NCBI RefSeq assembly: GCF_036321535.1
Contig: NC_087437.1
Span: 65,102,001-65,166,000, forward strand
Length of the DNA stretch: 64,000 nt
Reading direction: 5' to 3'
Source of the DNA: Camelus dromedarius
Taxonomy: Eukaryota
A program made the position numbers and the translations under genes. Shown here in pieces: positions 39,761 through 53,300 of the stretch. The first letter of the stretch is position 1; each line of letters opens with the position of its first letter. Under the pieces are notes generated by a model. It saw only the letters and a program-made list of their open reading frames with translations. It was not told where the DNA came from and ran no database searches.

Positions 39761-40470
39761 TAGCCCTTGTTTTTCTTCTATTTCTGTTACCCCTATTCTG
39801 CTTAATTTCTATTTCACACCTAGATGTTTCTTCTTAGTGTAGTTTGTATCTTGGAAAAAACCCCTGATGAGTTAGTTTTGAGAGTTCACAGGGACTAGAT
39901 TGGTCTAGCCTGTTAGTCCTTTCTACTACGGACCCCTTGCATTCAGCCAGTATTGGAGAATGGGAAGGCCCTGCCAATATAAGCTGCTGTTTTAAGATGG
40001 GCCAACTGTGCTACGCAATAAGAACTTACTGGCTATTTGGGCGTTGTTCTCAAGGCCATCAGATGTTGCTCTGTTGCTGACTTCTTCCTATAGCACAAAC
40101 GCTAATCCCATGCAAATCTTGTCCCTTTTGGTTGTTTATCCCTACTTACTTGTATTTTGGGGTTTGTAGGATTACCTTCCTAATTTTATTGTAAATATTG
40201 TCCATGGATTTTGGTTTTATTATCTATTTATGCTTTCTGTTTCTATGTGAGGATTCAGAGAAACTGAAAAACTTCTGCTATTGCTTCTGTTTTCCTCTGA
40301 CAAATAATTTTGACAATTACTTTTTTAAAAAACCAACATATATGGCAATTCTCTTTAGTTTGAAGTGGAAATTAGAAGGATACTGTTAGGTATTTAGGGC
40401 AAATGAGGTCAAAGAATTAAGAGTGTTAATTCTTTTGCTTAAATATTTTTTTTTCCTTTTGTGTTTTCAG

Positions 40471-40596
40471 TTTGCTAAGAGTTCAACAGAGATGGAAGAA
40501 CTTTTAATAATGAAGAAACAGCTCCAAGAGAAGGAAGAACTCATTAGCGCTTTGCAAACCCAGCTCAGCCAGACACAGGCAGAGCAAGCTGCTCAG
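40471..40596 (+). CDS. GOLGB1: GOLGB1 exon 6 (FAKSSTEMEELLIMKKQLQEKEELISALQTQLSQTQAEQAAQ)
   Basis: gtgttttcAG acceptor (alternative in-frame AG at 40478-40479), CAG|GTAGGG donor; 126 nt. Confidence 0.92.
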
Positions 40597-42459
40597 GTAG
40601 GGTGGAAGTTACCTCACAATCACTGGAATAAAGACTCACGAAAGGCCAAGATTATGACATGACAAGTCAGTTCAGACAATCTGTTTTTAAAACTTTAGCA
40701 CATGAAAGTGTAGTAGCTAGAATGTTATAGTAGAAATTACAAGGGTGTGGTAGTAGAAGAAATTGGAAATGTTATTTACCTTGATGAGTATACTATAGTC
40801 TAATTGATGGCTGTTTTGTAGTTCTACAGGCCCAGAAACTTGGTTTTAATAGCACATGGCCTTTCAGTCTCAGGAAGGAAGGGGTTTGTGCTAAGTTCAA
40901 GAGACTATTAGATAAACCAAAAGAAGTACAAATGATTAAATCCATTCTTTCTCTATAGTAAAATCTTAATGGGAAGTTAAATTATAATCAGAAGATTACT
41001 TAGTGATTATGTAATGAGAAAGTGGTATAGGTTATGTGATTCAGCGTTAAAAGTATGTGACTTTCTTCTTCATATTTATTTCTGCTACCAGGACCAGACT
41101 GTTTGGACTGGCATCCTCAACTCTATTTTTCTAAATTTCCAGTTTGACCATCCAGTCTTGTATTTTTCCTTTGTGAAGGCCTTTGATTCACAAAACATTT
41201 TTTTCCCTAAAGTGCTTTTGTACAATAGCTAATTTTATCCATTGGGTGTTTGGTGTTTACTTTATTGATAACTTGTACTATTAGTGGTCTACTGCTGTGT
41301 ATACATTTAAAGTTGTCTATCCTAAAATCCTTAGTTTTGCTTGTAAGCTTTTATTGTGTCCTTTTTATGTACAAACACTTTATACAGGGTTGGATAAAGA
41401 AATATAAAATATTTTTACTGAGTGGCTTAATACATAGAAAGCCAAAATATATATATCAGCAGCAATAAGAACTGAAAATATTTTGAGAGGTGAAGGAGCT
41501 TACTGTGCGTGTGACCACCAAGGGAGGTTTCAAATTCATAGTGATACCAAAATTCAGATAGTCAAAAATATGGAGTTTTTTTTCCACCTAGGAGAGCCAG
41601 AGTCAATTCAAGGTGTCACAAATTGAGAAATCAGCAATAGTTGAAGAGTCTGTGCAAAATGGGCAGGGTAAGAGCTGGTTGATGTGCTCAACCACAGATT
41701 TCAAGGAAATGAATAAGCGCGTGCGTGCATGCGCGTCCATGCACCCGCGCACGCGCGCACCCCCCCCCCCCCAAGAACAAAACAAAATAAAAACACTGAT
41801 ACTGAGCAACTCACAACCAGTTAATTTATTTCCACTTCATTCTGTTAAGAGCCAGTTTGGGTGATCTAGAAGCCAGCAAATAATGGCAGCTGAAAATAGC
41901 TGTCCTGGGGAGGTGGTGTAGGTTTGGAAATATACCAAGTTCTTTGGTAGAAGCAATTCTTTGGAAATAAGACTGGAAAGAGGATTTGTATTTCCCATTG
42001 TAGAGAATCTTGAGTAAAAGATACATTAGTTTTAAGTTTATATTTATAGGGCATGACAATTTCACTGAGAGTTTTCTTCGAGCATAAGTGTAGTATTGAA
42101 GTGCCCAGGGCTTAACAGGAATCTAACTTTGTCTGCTTAGTATTCTAATCTCCTTAGATCTTTTAAGAATATACCTCTGTGTATTTAAACACTTCTATTA
42201 AACATGCAAATATAATTATTCAAAATTTATATATAGGTTGACTTCTGAATTTGGTAATAAGCTTCCTCTCACATTTGGAAGTTACCATCAGGCCTGTATC
42301 TCTTGCCTAACATTCTCATCCTTGACGTTCTAAATTTAATTTAAAAAACCTATTGTCTATCAGTTCCCAGTGTCTGTCTTTGGAGAATAGTCTGTGAGTT
42401 TTGTCTGTGTGATATTCGGGGAGTGTAACTTGTATAGTTTCTCTGGTGTGTGTCTTCAG

Positions 42460-42582
42460 TTGAGTTCCATGCAGCAGGTGGTCCGAGAGAAAGATGCCCG
42501 CTTTGAAACACAAGTTCGTCTTCATGAAGATGAGCTTCTTCAGTTAGTAACCCAGGCAGATGTGGAAACAGAGATGCAACAG
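42460..42582 (+). CDS. GOLGB1: GOLGB1 exon 7 (LSSMQQVVREKDARFETQVRLHEDELLQLVTQADVETEMQQ)
   Basis: tgtcttcAG acceptor (alternative starts at 42475/42478), CAG|GTGTGT donor; 123 nt. Confidence 0.92.
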
Positions 42583-43714
42583 GTGTGTTGCTAAAACTTA
42601 GTAGAATGACTGTCGTTTTAGTTAACTTTGATTAAGTTATCACAGCACCTCTTCCATTCTCACCCACTGCTCTTCACTTGGTTGGGGTCTGCTCATCAGT
42701 TGGCTTATTTTTGGTGTTCTTCTCTTCTGTTGCATATTAATTATTTATTTCTCCTTACCTCGCCTCTTACCCCTCTCATCAGGTTGCTGGTACTCAAAAG
42801 CTGAGTTGAATTGGCAAATGTATGTGGTAGTCGGAAGTTGGTTTCTCTTCAGTTTGCCTGTCATAGCTACCTTTGTGCATTAAAAACCTGATCCAAAGCT
42901 TTAAATCAATGAAGTCAGTTTTAAACTTTAAATAATTTAAAGGTAAAAAGAAGTGATTTTGAAGCCATAAAGTCTTCTATTAAATCGATAATTCTTTTTT
43001 TAAAAAGTTCACTGAGTAAGTTTTGAAAATTGGCTTCATTGTTTTTAGCTTTATCATCTACTAACTCAAAAGTATTTCATTTCTGTTCAGTGTGTAGTAC
43101 AGTGTGGTACCCGAAGGCACTCCAGTGGTATTTCATGGTTGATCCATTTAATTTTTTTCTTTTTTTTTTCAGTAAAAACCTCTTCCAAGTTCTAGGCAGT
43201 CCTTCAGAGTACACCACTAAGTAAAGTTTCAGAATATGGCACTTTTTAAAGTAGCATATTGATATATACATGTATCATTGATTTATTCATTCAACAAATA
43301 TTTATCCAGTGCATGTCCCATGCATGAAACTGGAAGAGAAATGGTTCTTACCTGTAGAGAATGTCCTCTTTGGTGAGTGAAATACACATGTACCTATGTT
43401 ATTTAGGTACAGCACATTGACTATATAATTTTAAAGGTGGATATGTGTAATAAATATCTAATTATTAAAAAGGCTCCCTAATTCAGGGGCTTGCTTGTGT
43501 CCATTTGGTTGTTGGTGGTGTTCTGGAGAAGACATTTTTGGAGATTCTTTGTTGCTGCTGGATGAGGAGCATGGCATGCTGGTGTCTCACACTTGAATGT
43601 GTCATCCTCAACATCCAAAAATCCTAAGTAGACCATGCTGTGTGACATTTTGAAAGGTAAGCAGATAACTGTGCTCATTTGTTAGCACATCATGTGGAAA
43701 CGTTTTCTCCTCAG

Positions 43715-43828
43715 AAACTGAGGGTGCTGCAGAGGAAGCTTGAAGAGCATGAAGAAGCCTTGTTGGGCCGTGCTCAGGTTGTGGACTTGCTCCAACAGGA
43801 GCTGACTGCTGCCGAACAGAGAAACAAG
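43715..43828 (+). CDS. GOLGB1: GOLGB1 exon 8 (KLRVLQRKLEEHEEALLGRAQVVDLLQQELTAAEQRNK)
   Basis: ttctcctcAG acceptor, AAG|GTACCG donor; 114 nt. Confidence 0.94.
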
Positions 43829-45292
43829 GTACCGCCTTATGATCTCTACTGCCTGCCGTGGGAGGGTTCCTTTCCACCATAGTTCGCCAGGCAGCAGGTG
43901 TAAAATCCTATTAGAAACCTTCAGAGAATTGGTGCCATTTATTCATTCTTTCAACAAATTCCCTGTGCTTAAGTGCTGGTGATATTCTGATGAGCAAAAC
44001 AGATACAGTTCCTCCCTCACGAAGCTTACATTTCACGTCTTTTACTGTCTCTCTTTTCCCTTGTGATTTTGGGTCGAGTCCTACTTTCTCTAGAATGTTG
44101 CATTTTCCTTTTCTTTTCTTTGAGTTTCTTTTCTGTCAGTTTTCCCTTCTCTGTTGTGAATGTTTCTTGTGCATTATATACTGTCCCTTCTTTGCTTGTT
44201 TTTGTTGGTTAATTTTCTGTTGGATTAAAATAATCCCACCATGCAGTGTTCCCTCACATCTAAAGGTGATTAAGGATGCTCGTGTTCCAAAATCTGAAAC
44301 TCAAGTATCCCATACCCTGACTATAACCCATCCTGTTACTCCCTTTCTCAGGCTGAACTCACCTTCATTCTCATTAGGATTTCTTGATCCTTTCAGTTTG
44401 TTCCTCCAGTGTGTTAGTTCGTTCTTGGCCTCTCTCCTTTCCTTGTCTAGTATAGACTTGTAATTGACCATCTGGACTACTCTTTTACCAGCCCTTGGAT
44501 CCCCTGTGTTGCTGCCCCTTCACATCCAGGGAGCCAAATCCTAACGTGGAATGAATGCTGCAGTCCACATTCTCCACTCGTTCATCTGGGTGCTGCAAGA
44601 AAATCATCTCCTTTCTTAATTTTCAACTCCCCTTGAGAAGGACTGTCTTTCTTGCAGAGAAACATATTTCCGTATCTCCAGTGCTAACAAAACCCATGCC
44701 CTGACCCTGAGTTCCCTCTCTGGCTGTCATCAGATTGTCAGGTTCAAATCCCAGTTGTGTTACTTACTAGATAGGTTCTATAGAGATAGTTACATATATG
44801 TGACTTTATGGTAAATTTCCCTTCTCTGCTCCTTTTAATACCTTGTAAGTATCTCTCTCATGGCCTCAATCATTTTATATTACTATGATCTTTTAAGTGT
44901 GAATCTCCCAATAAACTCTTGAGTTCCTTGAGGGCAGGGACTGGATCCTTTATTCATTCATTTATTCAGTATTTATTGAGTAACATGTAGTCAATATGCC
45001 ATGTACTATGTTGGGTGCTGGAGAACAATGATGATAAAACACACAGTCCCTTCCCTTATTGAACTTATTTTATACTGGGAGACACATAAGTGAAATGATA
45101 ATGCCACAAATAAAAAATATATGAATAGAAACTGTCAAAAGTATCAAGAAACAATAACAGAGGATATTATGCAATTATAGGCTTGGTCTTGAGTGTCTTG
45201 GCCCAGGCTTCACCTGGAAGAAGCACTTCACTATGCTTATTGAAATGAAAGAATGAATTTATGGTTCACGTGGCTTCATCTTTTTTTCTTAG

Positions 45293-45695
45293 ATTCTCTC
45301 TCAGCAGTTAGAGCAGATGGAAGCTGAACGTAATACTTTAAGGAACACTATAGAAACAGAAAAACAAGAGTCCAAGATTCTGATGGAAAAGATGGAACTT
45401 GAAGTGGCAGAGAAAAAATTATCCTTCCACAACCTGCAGGAAGAAATGCATCATCTTCTGGAACAGCTTGAACAAGCCAGTCAAGCCCAGGCTGAACTGC
45501 AGTCCCGGTACAGTGCTTTGGAACAGAAGCACAGAGCAGAAATGGAAGAGAAGACCTCTCACATTTTGAGTCTTCAAAAGACTGAACAAGAGCTGCACAC
45601 TGCCTGTGATGCCCTAAAGGATCAAAATTCAAGTCTTCTCCAAGAAAAGAGTGAACAGGCGGTTCGTTCAGCCCAGACCATTCAACAGCTGGAAG
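45293..45695 (+). CDS. GOLGB1: GOLGB1 exon 9 (ILSQQLEQMEAERNTLRNTIETE...AQTIQQLE)
   Basis: ttttcttAG acceptor, GAAG|GTCAGT donor; 403 nt; coiled-coil ORF 45317..45763. Confidence 0.95.
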
Positions 45696-46270
45696 GTCAG
45701 TATTTTGTTGCCTTTGAAGCTCACCTGTCTAGCACCAGAGTGGCTCCTACTTTAAAATTCTAGGGATGACATCATTTGCTTAAATCAATTGAGTCAATAG
45801 AAGGATTAAGAAAAGCATCTCTTCTGAGCTCTGTTTCATTTCTCCCACCTCTGACTAAAGTTATAATCTGGCTTAGCATTGTAATTATCATAATAGTACT
45901 AAAAACTATTGACAGTTATGTGTCAGGTATTAAAAAGAATGCTATATGAGACATGACTGTGGTCTGAAGGATTCACTGACTAAAAAGAGTAGGATTTGAA
46001 TTAATTTGTCAAAAACTCAGGCCAGATCTAGTTGCAAACATTGGGAAGACTGAGTTGTATGGAGTCATCCTTACTTCTAAAGATGGATCTGAATGCTTTT
46101 CTAATAGCTGAAAATTTCTTTTTATAGAAAACTTTTATCTTTTAATAAGCTTTAAAGAAAACTTATTTTTCAGTGTGTTATATTACAATAGTGAAGAGCT
46201 GAACATTAACCAGAAAGCCTCGAGGGGCATTACCTGGGAACAGTGTGTTACAGAAGCGTGCTGTTCTCTT

Positions 46271-46880
46271 TTTTTTTTTTTTCTCCCAAGTTTCTTTAAT
46301 TAATTTATTTTTTAAAATTGATATACAGTCAGTTCCCATGTGTCAATTTCTGGTGTACAACACAATGCCCTAGTCATCCATATACATATATATTTTTCAT
46401 ATTCTTTTTCATTAAAGGTTATTACAAGATATTGAACATAGTTCCCTGGGCTATATAGAAGAAACTTTTTTTAAAATCTATTTTTATATATAGTGGCTAA
46501 CATTTGTAAATCTCAAACTCCCAAATTTATCCCTTCCCACTCTCTATCCCTGGTAACCATAAGATTGTTTACTATGTCTTTGAGTCTATTTCTGTTTTGT
46601 AGATGAGTTCATAGTGTCCTTTTCTTTCTTTTTGTAGATTTCACATATGAGTGATGTATGGTATTTTTCTTTCTCTTTCTGGCTTACTTCACTTAAAATG
46701 ATGATCTCTGGGTCTATCCATGTTGCTGCAAATGGCATTATTTTATTCTTTTTTATGACTGAATAATATTCAATTATATAAATATACCAGAACTTCTTTA
46801 TCCAGTCATGTGTTGATGGACATTTAGGTTGTTTTCATGTCTTGGCTATTGTATATAGTGCTGCTTTGAACATTGGGGGA
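46271..46880 (-). mobile_element. 5'-truncated L1 insertion with 15-bp TSD
   Basis: poly-T start plus L1 3'UTR/ORF2 end; direct repeats gcgtgctgttctctt (46256-46270) and gcatgctgttctctt (46881-46895). Confidence 0.9.
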
Positions 46881-47251
46881 GCATGCTGTTCTCTTAACTG
46901 AGCCATGTTCATGTTTAAAACTGCTATAGAGTCTCAGGAGGATTTACAACGCTTATGTAGAGAGTGAAGAAAATAGACACTAAAGGTATTTTCAAGGGGG
47001 GAAGAAAAGAATGACTTTTTAAAAAATACCTAGGCATGTTTTATTTTACCTTTGAAGGAAGCTTACTGAGATGTCCTTTGGTTCTTGTGAGTATTTAAAC
47101 AATTTAAAAAAATGTCCTTGGCATCATAATTTTAATTAAGATAACTGAACTAGTGTAAACAGCATATGGTATATCCCTAGATGATAATAACTCACTAAGT
47201 TTCAGACTTGAGGCAAAGAACATTTCAATTTACTTATTCTCATTTCTTTAG

Positions 47252-47367
47252 ATCAACTCCAGCAAAAATCTGAAGAAATTAGCCAATTTCTAAATAAACC
47301 AACATTGCAAAATTATGAAACAGCATCTCAGACTTCTTTCCCAGATGTTTCTAATGAGGGTACACAG
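47252..47367 (+). CDS. GOLGB1: GOLGB1 exon 10 (DQLQQKSEEISQFLNKPTLQNYETASQTSFPDVSNEGTQ)
   Basis: catttctttAG acceptor, CAG|GTAATT donor; 116 nt, phase 1/0. Confidence 0.93.
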
Positions 47368-50300
47368 GTAATTAAATGTATACTTCTTATAAATATCTGT
47401 TTGTCTTTGCTGTATCTATGCTTGAGTGTTTTAATAGAATTTATTCCAGGAAGCAGTATAAGCCTCTTCTGTCTGATAAAATGTTTTTTTGGAGGCTATT
47501 CCATTGGAAAGGTTCAGGAAAGACATTAAGGTAGTGTCCCAACAACGAATAATGAGAAAAAAGTAGACAATAAGCACCATGATCTCAGGAACCTTTCTAA
47601 TTCTACAGTCTTAGAAATCTGTGTTAGAGATGAATCATTATTTTTAATTTTATAATCAGTTTCTTCATTTGAGAAGACACTTTTGCTTTTGGTATTCTGA
47701 GATTTGATCAGGTTTAAAGTATACAGTTCAGTCTAACCTAACTTAAATGTCTATTATAGAAATCATAATGCTCACATTAATTAGCTAACAGTAAAAAATT
47801 CAACTGCCTGTTGATTGGCTAGTATGTTCTATCTGCCTTTGGTAAAAATCTCTGTGGGAAGCTAGATTTTAATCACTAGAAGGCTGCTTATTGAGCTTGA
47901 ATATCAGAACAAGGAGAGTTAGTTTGATGGTCTTAATTAGCTAGTGTAAATCTGGGATAACTGGATTCGTTCATCTCCATTATAAGATTATACCCTTCCA
48001 AACTGACAGGCATACTGGTCAACAGAGCCCCATGGTTCCTGGGCAGTACTGTGCACTGATAAAAATTTTTGCTTCCTGGTTTTTAGCATCTAGGCTTTCC
48101 AGTCTCTTCTGTTCTCCCATTCTCAACTCAACTTTCCTCCAAAGTTTTAAGACATTTTTCAGCAACTCTAGAAAAATTGAATTTTATAGTGAACACCTGT
48201 ATACCTACCATCTAGATTCTGTCAACATTTACTGTATTTTTTTAATCAAATATCTATCCATTTATCCATCTAAGAACTCATCTTAATTTTTTATACAGTT
48301 CACAGTAAATTGTAGACATTAGTCCATTTTTCTCTAACTAGTTCAACATTCATGTCATTGACTAGATTTTAATATTTGTTTATAGTTCTTTTTCTTTTGA
48401 AGTAAGATTTACAAGACATGAAATGTACAAGTATTAAGTGTACCGTTCATTGAGTTTTGTCAATGTACACCTGTGTTACCCAAATCCCTATCAAGATATA
48501 TCACCCCACAAAGTACCCTTTTGCAGTCAGCCCCATTCTTCCCCTCCAGAGATGATCAGTGTTCTGTTTTTTTTTGCCATATATTAATTTTGCCTGTTTT
48601 ATATCCTATAAATGTAATCATACATTTGTGTTCTTTTGTGTAAAACCTCTTTCACTCAGCATGTTTTGAGGTTCATTTATATTGTTGCATATATCCTAAT
48701 TTATTCTTTTATATTGCTAAGAAATATTCCGTTTTGTGAGTATACTGCATTTTCCTTTTGCATGATTGTGCTATAATTTTCTTTTGATGGATACCTGTCT
48801 TTTTCATGCTTTGGCTATTATGAATTAAGCTGCTATGGATATTCTTATACAAGTATTTGTGTGGACATATGTTTTTATTTATCTTCATTAAATGCTAGTT
48901 GACGAATTTCTGGGCCATAGAGTAAGAATATATATAGCTTTATAGGGAAATGCCAGATCTTTTTCCAAAGTAGTTGTATTACTTATACTCTCATCTAAAA
49001 TATATGAGAGTTCTAGTTGCTCCATATCTTCTCTAAGATTTGTTATTGTCCATTTTTGAAATTTTAGCCATTGTAATGGGTGTGTAGTGGTAGGTCATTT
49101 TGGTTTCAACTTGCATTTCCTTCATGACAAATGATGTGGAACATTTTTTGGGGGGATTCTGGGTCATCTGTATATCTTCTTTTTGTGAACTATGTGTTCA
49201 AGTCATTTCACCATTTTAATAATCAAGTTCTTTGCCTATTTATCAAGTTGTATTAATTCTGTATATATTCTGAATTCCAGTTTATTATCAGATATATTTA
49301 GTGAGTATTTTCTATCATGCTGTGGCTTGCCTCCTATTAATTTTCTTCAGGATATCTTTTAATTAGCAGACATTTAAAATTTTGATAAAGTCTATTATTT
49401 ATCGGGTTTTTGGGAGGTTTGTAATTTTCTGTGTCCCATCTATGAAAACTTTGCTTAACTCCAAGTCATGCAGATATTCTCTTATGTTTTCTTTCTTCTA
49501 TATAGTTTTTGCTTTCACAGTTAAGTGTCTGAACCTCAGTAAATTTTTGTATGTGATGTAGGATAAAGTTAAGTTTTTATTTTTTTCTATATAGATATCC
49601 AATTGTTTCAGCACCATTTCCTGAAAACATTTTACTTTCCTCATTGGATTGCTTTGGTACCTTTGTTGAAAACAAATGATTACTAGGTCTATGTCTGAGC
49701 TTTCTGTTCTGTTGATCTTTTTGTCAGTTCTTATGTCAGTATTACACAGTTTTCACTACTGTAGTCTGTAGTTAGTCTTGAAGTCAGGTAGTATAAGTCC
49801 TCTAACTGTTCTTCTTTTCAAGATTGCTTTGATTATTCCAGGTCCTTTGCATTTCCACAGAAATTATAAAACCAATTTTCTCAAATTCTATTTGGAAAAA
49901 AAAAGCTGGATGGGATTTTGAATTGGCATTATGCTAAGTCTATAGGTCAATTTAGGGAGAATTGACATCTTAACGCTACTGAATTTTTCAACCCATGAGT
50001 ATAGTATTTCTCTTCACTTATTAAGATCTTCTTTGATTTCTTTCATCAGTGGTTTATAGCTTTGATTGGAGGAGTTGTGCACATGTTAAAAATATTCTGA
50101 AATCCTTTTTAATGCTATTGTAGATGGAATTTATTCTAATTTCACTTTCTGGCTGTTTGATGCTTATATGTAAGTATACAATTGAATTTTGCTTATGTGA
50201 GCTTGATAAATATTTGTTTTATTAGTTCTAGTCTCTTTATAGAGTCCTTAGGATTTTCTACATAAATAATCATATCGTCTGCAAATAAAGACAAGTTTAC

Positions 50301-53300
50301 TTACTCCTTTCTAATCTTTATGCCTTTATTTCTTTTTCATATAATGGCTAGGACCTTCATTACACTGTTTCATAGAAGTGGTAAGATTGGCCTTCTTGCA
50401 CTGTTCCTGATCTTAGGGGAAAGTGTTCCTTATTTTACCACTAGCTGTGCTACCAGCTTTCAGTTTTCGATGTATATCCTTTATCAGGCTGAGATCATTC
50501 CCCTGTATTCCTAGTTTGATGAGAATTGGTGTTGGATTTTGTCAAATGCCTTTTCTGCATTTATTGAAATGACCATATGAGTTTTCTTTACTCTGTTAAT
50601 ATGGTACAGTACTTTAATTTTTAAATATTAAACCAACCTGGTAATGTTAGGATAAACCCCACTTGGTCATAAAGTATTATTGTTTTTATATATTACTAAA
50701 TTTGGTTTGCTACTGTTTTCTGAAGCATTTTTGTATCCGTATTTATGAAAGCTATTGGTCTTTGTTTTGATCATGAAGGTTTTCCTTTGTTTTGTAGTAT
50801 CTTTGTCAGATTTTGCTATTAGGGTTATAATGGTATCAAAAAAGAAAAAAAATCAGTGGGGAAGTGTTCCCTTCTATTTTCTGAGAGTTTGTGTAAGATT
50901 GGTATTATTTTTCAAGGGTTTGAAAGAATTCACTAGTGAAACCATCTGGGCCTTGAGCTGATAATAAATTGATTTTCTTTTTCATCTTGTGTCAGTTTGG
51001 ATTTTTTTTTTTTTTTAGGCTTTGTCTATTTCATTGAAGATGTCAAATCTTTGTTATGTTGGTTGGTTATGTTGGTTATACTATCCCCTTTTTATCCTTT
51101 TATGCTTGTAAGCTCTGTAGTGGTACCCATCCCTACCCTAATCCCTATTTTTTTTTAATTAAGATGTTATTGACTTATTGTATAAGTTTAAGGTGTTGCT
51201 TTGACACATTTATACGTTGCAGTAGGATTACCACCGTAACACCTCTATTACAGCACATAATTATCATTTCTTTTTTGTTGTGAGAACATCTAGTCTCTTA
51301 GCAACTTTGAAGTATAGAATACAATATTGTTAACTGTAATCACAATGCTGGGTATTAGATCTTCAAAAGTTGTTCATATTCTAACTGCAAGTTTGTGCTG
51401 TTTAACCAGCATCTTCCCAATTTGTGCTTCATTTTCTTGACTTAACTAGAAATTATTTGACTTTAAAAAATCTTTTTAAAGAACCAAGTTTGGGGCTTGT
51501 TAATTTTCTCTATTGCTGTTTTTTTTTCACTTTTATTAATTTTGGCTCTTTGGTATTTCTATTTATTTGGTTTTACTTTTTTCTAGCTTTGTAAAGATCT
51601 CTTCTCATATAACTTAAGATCTTCTTTTCTTATATAAACATTTAAAATTATAAAATTCCCTCTTAAGCACATGGTTTGATATGTTTGTTTTTTATCATTA
51701 AGTTTTTGAAGAGTTTTCTAATTTTCTTTGTGACTTTTTCTTGGATCATGGATTATTTAGAAGTGTGTTGTCGGTTAACTATCCAGATATTTAGTTTTGT
51801 TTCTAGATATCTTATTATTATTAATTTCTAATTTAATTTCATTATAATCAGATAATATGCTGTATATGATTTCAGTGCTTTGAAATTTATAGACTTGTTT
51901 TATGACACAGTATATTGTCTGTCTTAGTGAACATAGCTTGTGCACTCATAAAGAAGATATATTCTGTAGTTATTGGATGTAACATTTTATAAATATCACT
52001 TAAAATCATAGTGTTATTCAGATTATCTTTTTTTGATTGATTTTTGTCTAGTTGTTGAAACTAAACTGACTTTTGTCTAGTTGTTTTGTCTGTTTTATGT
52101 CCAGTTGCTAAGAGGGGATTAAAATCTTTAACTGTGATTGTGAAGTTGTCTGTTTTTCCTTTTAACTCTGTCACTTTTTGTTTCTTTGTATTTTGGATCT
52201 CTTTTAATAAGTACATATGCATTTATGATTTTATGTCTTCTGATAAAACGTTCCTTTTTGTATTTATGAAATATTACTCTTATCTCTAGTAATTTCTTTA
52301 CTGGAAGTTCTGTTGTATCTGTTACGTTTACTGTTTGCATGGTATATTCTTTTCTGTTCTTTACTTTCAACTTCTTTCTTTACAGTAAATGTCTCGAAGG
52401 CAGCATATAGTTAAGTTTTGCTTTTTTATTTCTTCTCATAAGCTCTGCTTTGTCATTCAAGTGGTTAGTTCATTTAATGTAACTATTGACATGATTTGAT
52501 TTGTCTTCCATTTTGGCCATCTTTTTTTTCTTCTGTTTTCTGTTTCTTTCTTATCCTTTCTTTCTATTTAATAATTTAAAGTTTTTTGAATTTTATTTTC
52601 ACTTATCTACTAACTTACTTTCCTTTTAAACATCTATATTAGAGTTATAATTGACATACAATAATCTATAGACTTTTAAAGTGTACAGTTTGATGAGTTT
52701 TGACATATGCCTGAAGCCATCATCACTATCAAGTAAATGAACATATTCATCATCCCCCAAAGTTTCTCATGCCCTCTTTTAAGTTTTCTCTCACATCCCC
52801 ACATCCCCATGCCCCGCCACTCTTTCTTTCATTATAGATTAGTTGTATTTTTTAAAATTTTATATAAATTATATGTACTCTTCTTTTTTCCTGGCTTCTC
52901 TCACTCAGCGTACCTATTTTGATATTCATACTATTATTGTATGTAGCAATAATCCATTCCTTTGTATTGTTGAGGATATTGTACATACCACGGTTTATTT
53001 ATCCATTTCCTTTTTGATGGACAAATTTGGGTTGTTGACAGTTTTTATCTGTTACAAATAATGAATATTATTTTACAAATCTTTGGACCTGTGCTTTCTT
53101 TACTCTCAGTAAATATCTAAAAATGGAGTGTCTGGATCATGTGGGAAGTGTTTGGAAGTTTTTAAGATACTGCCAGACTGTTTCCCAAAGTGGTGTTACC
53201 ATTTTCTATTCCCACCAGCAGTGTATGAGATTTCCAGGGATAAAGCTCATTTGGTCGTGATATATTATCCTTCCACTTTCTTGGATTTAATTGCTAAAAT

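Noticed and set aside
43990..44463. 157-aa hydrophobic ORF in GOLGB1 intron 8
   Set aside because: T-rich low-complexity/L2-like sequence with no protein-like features
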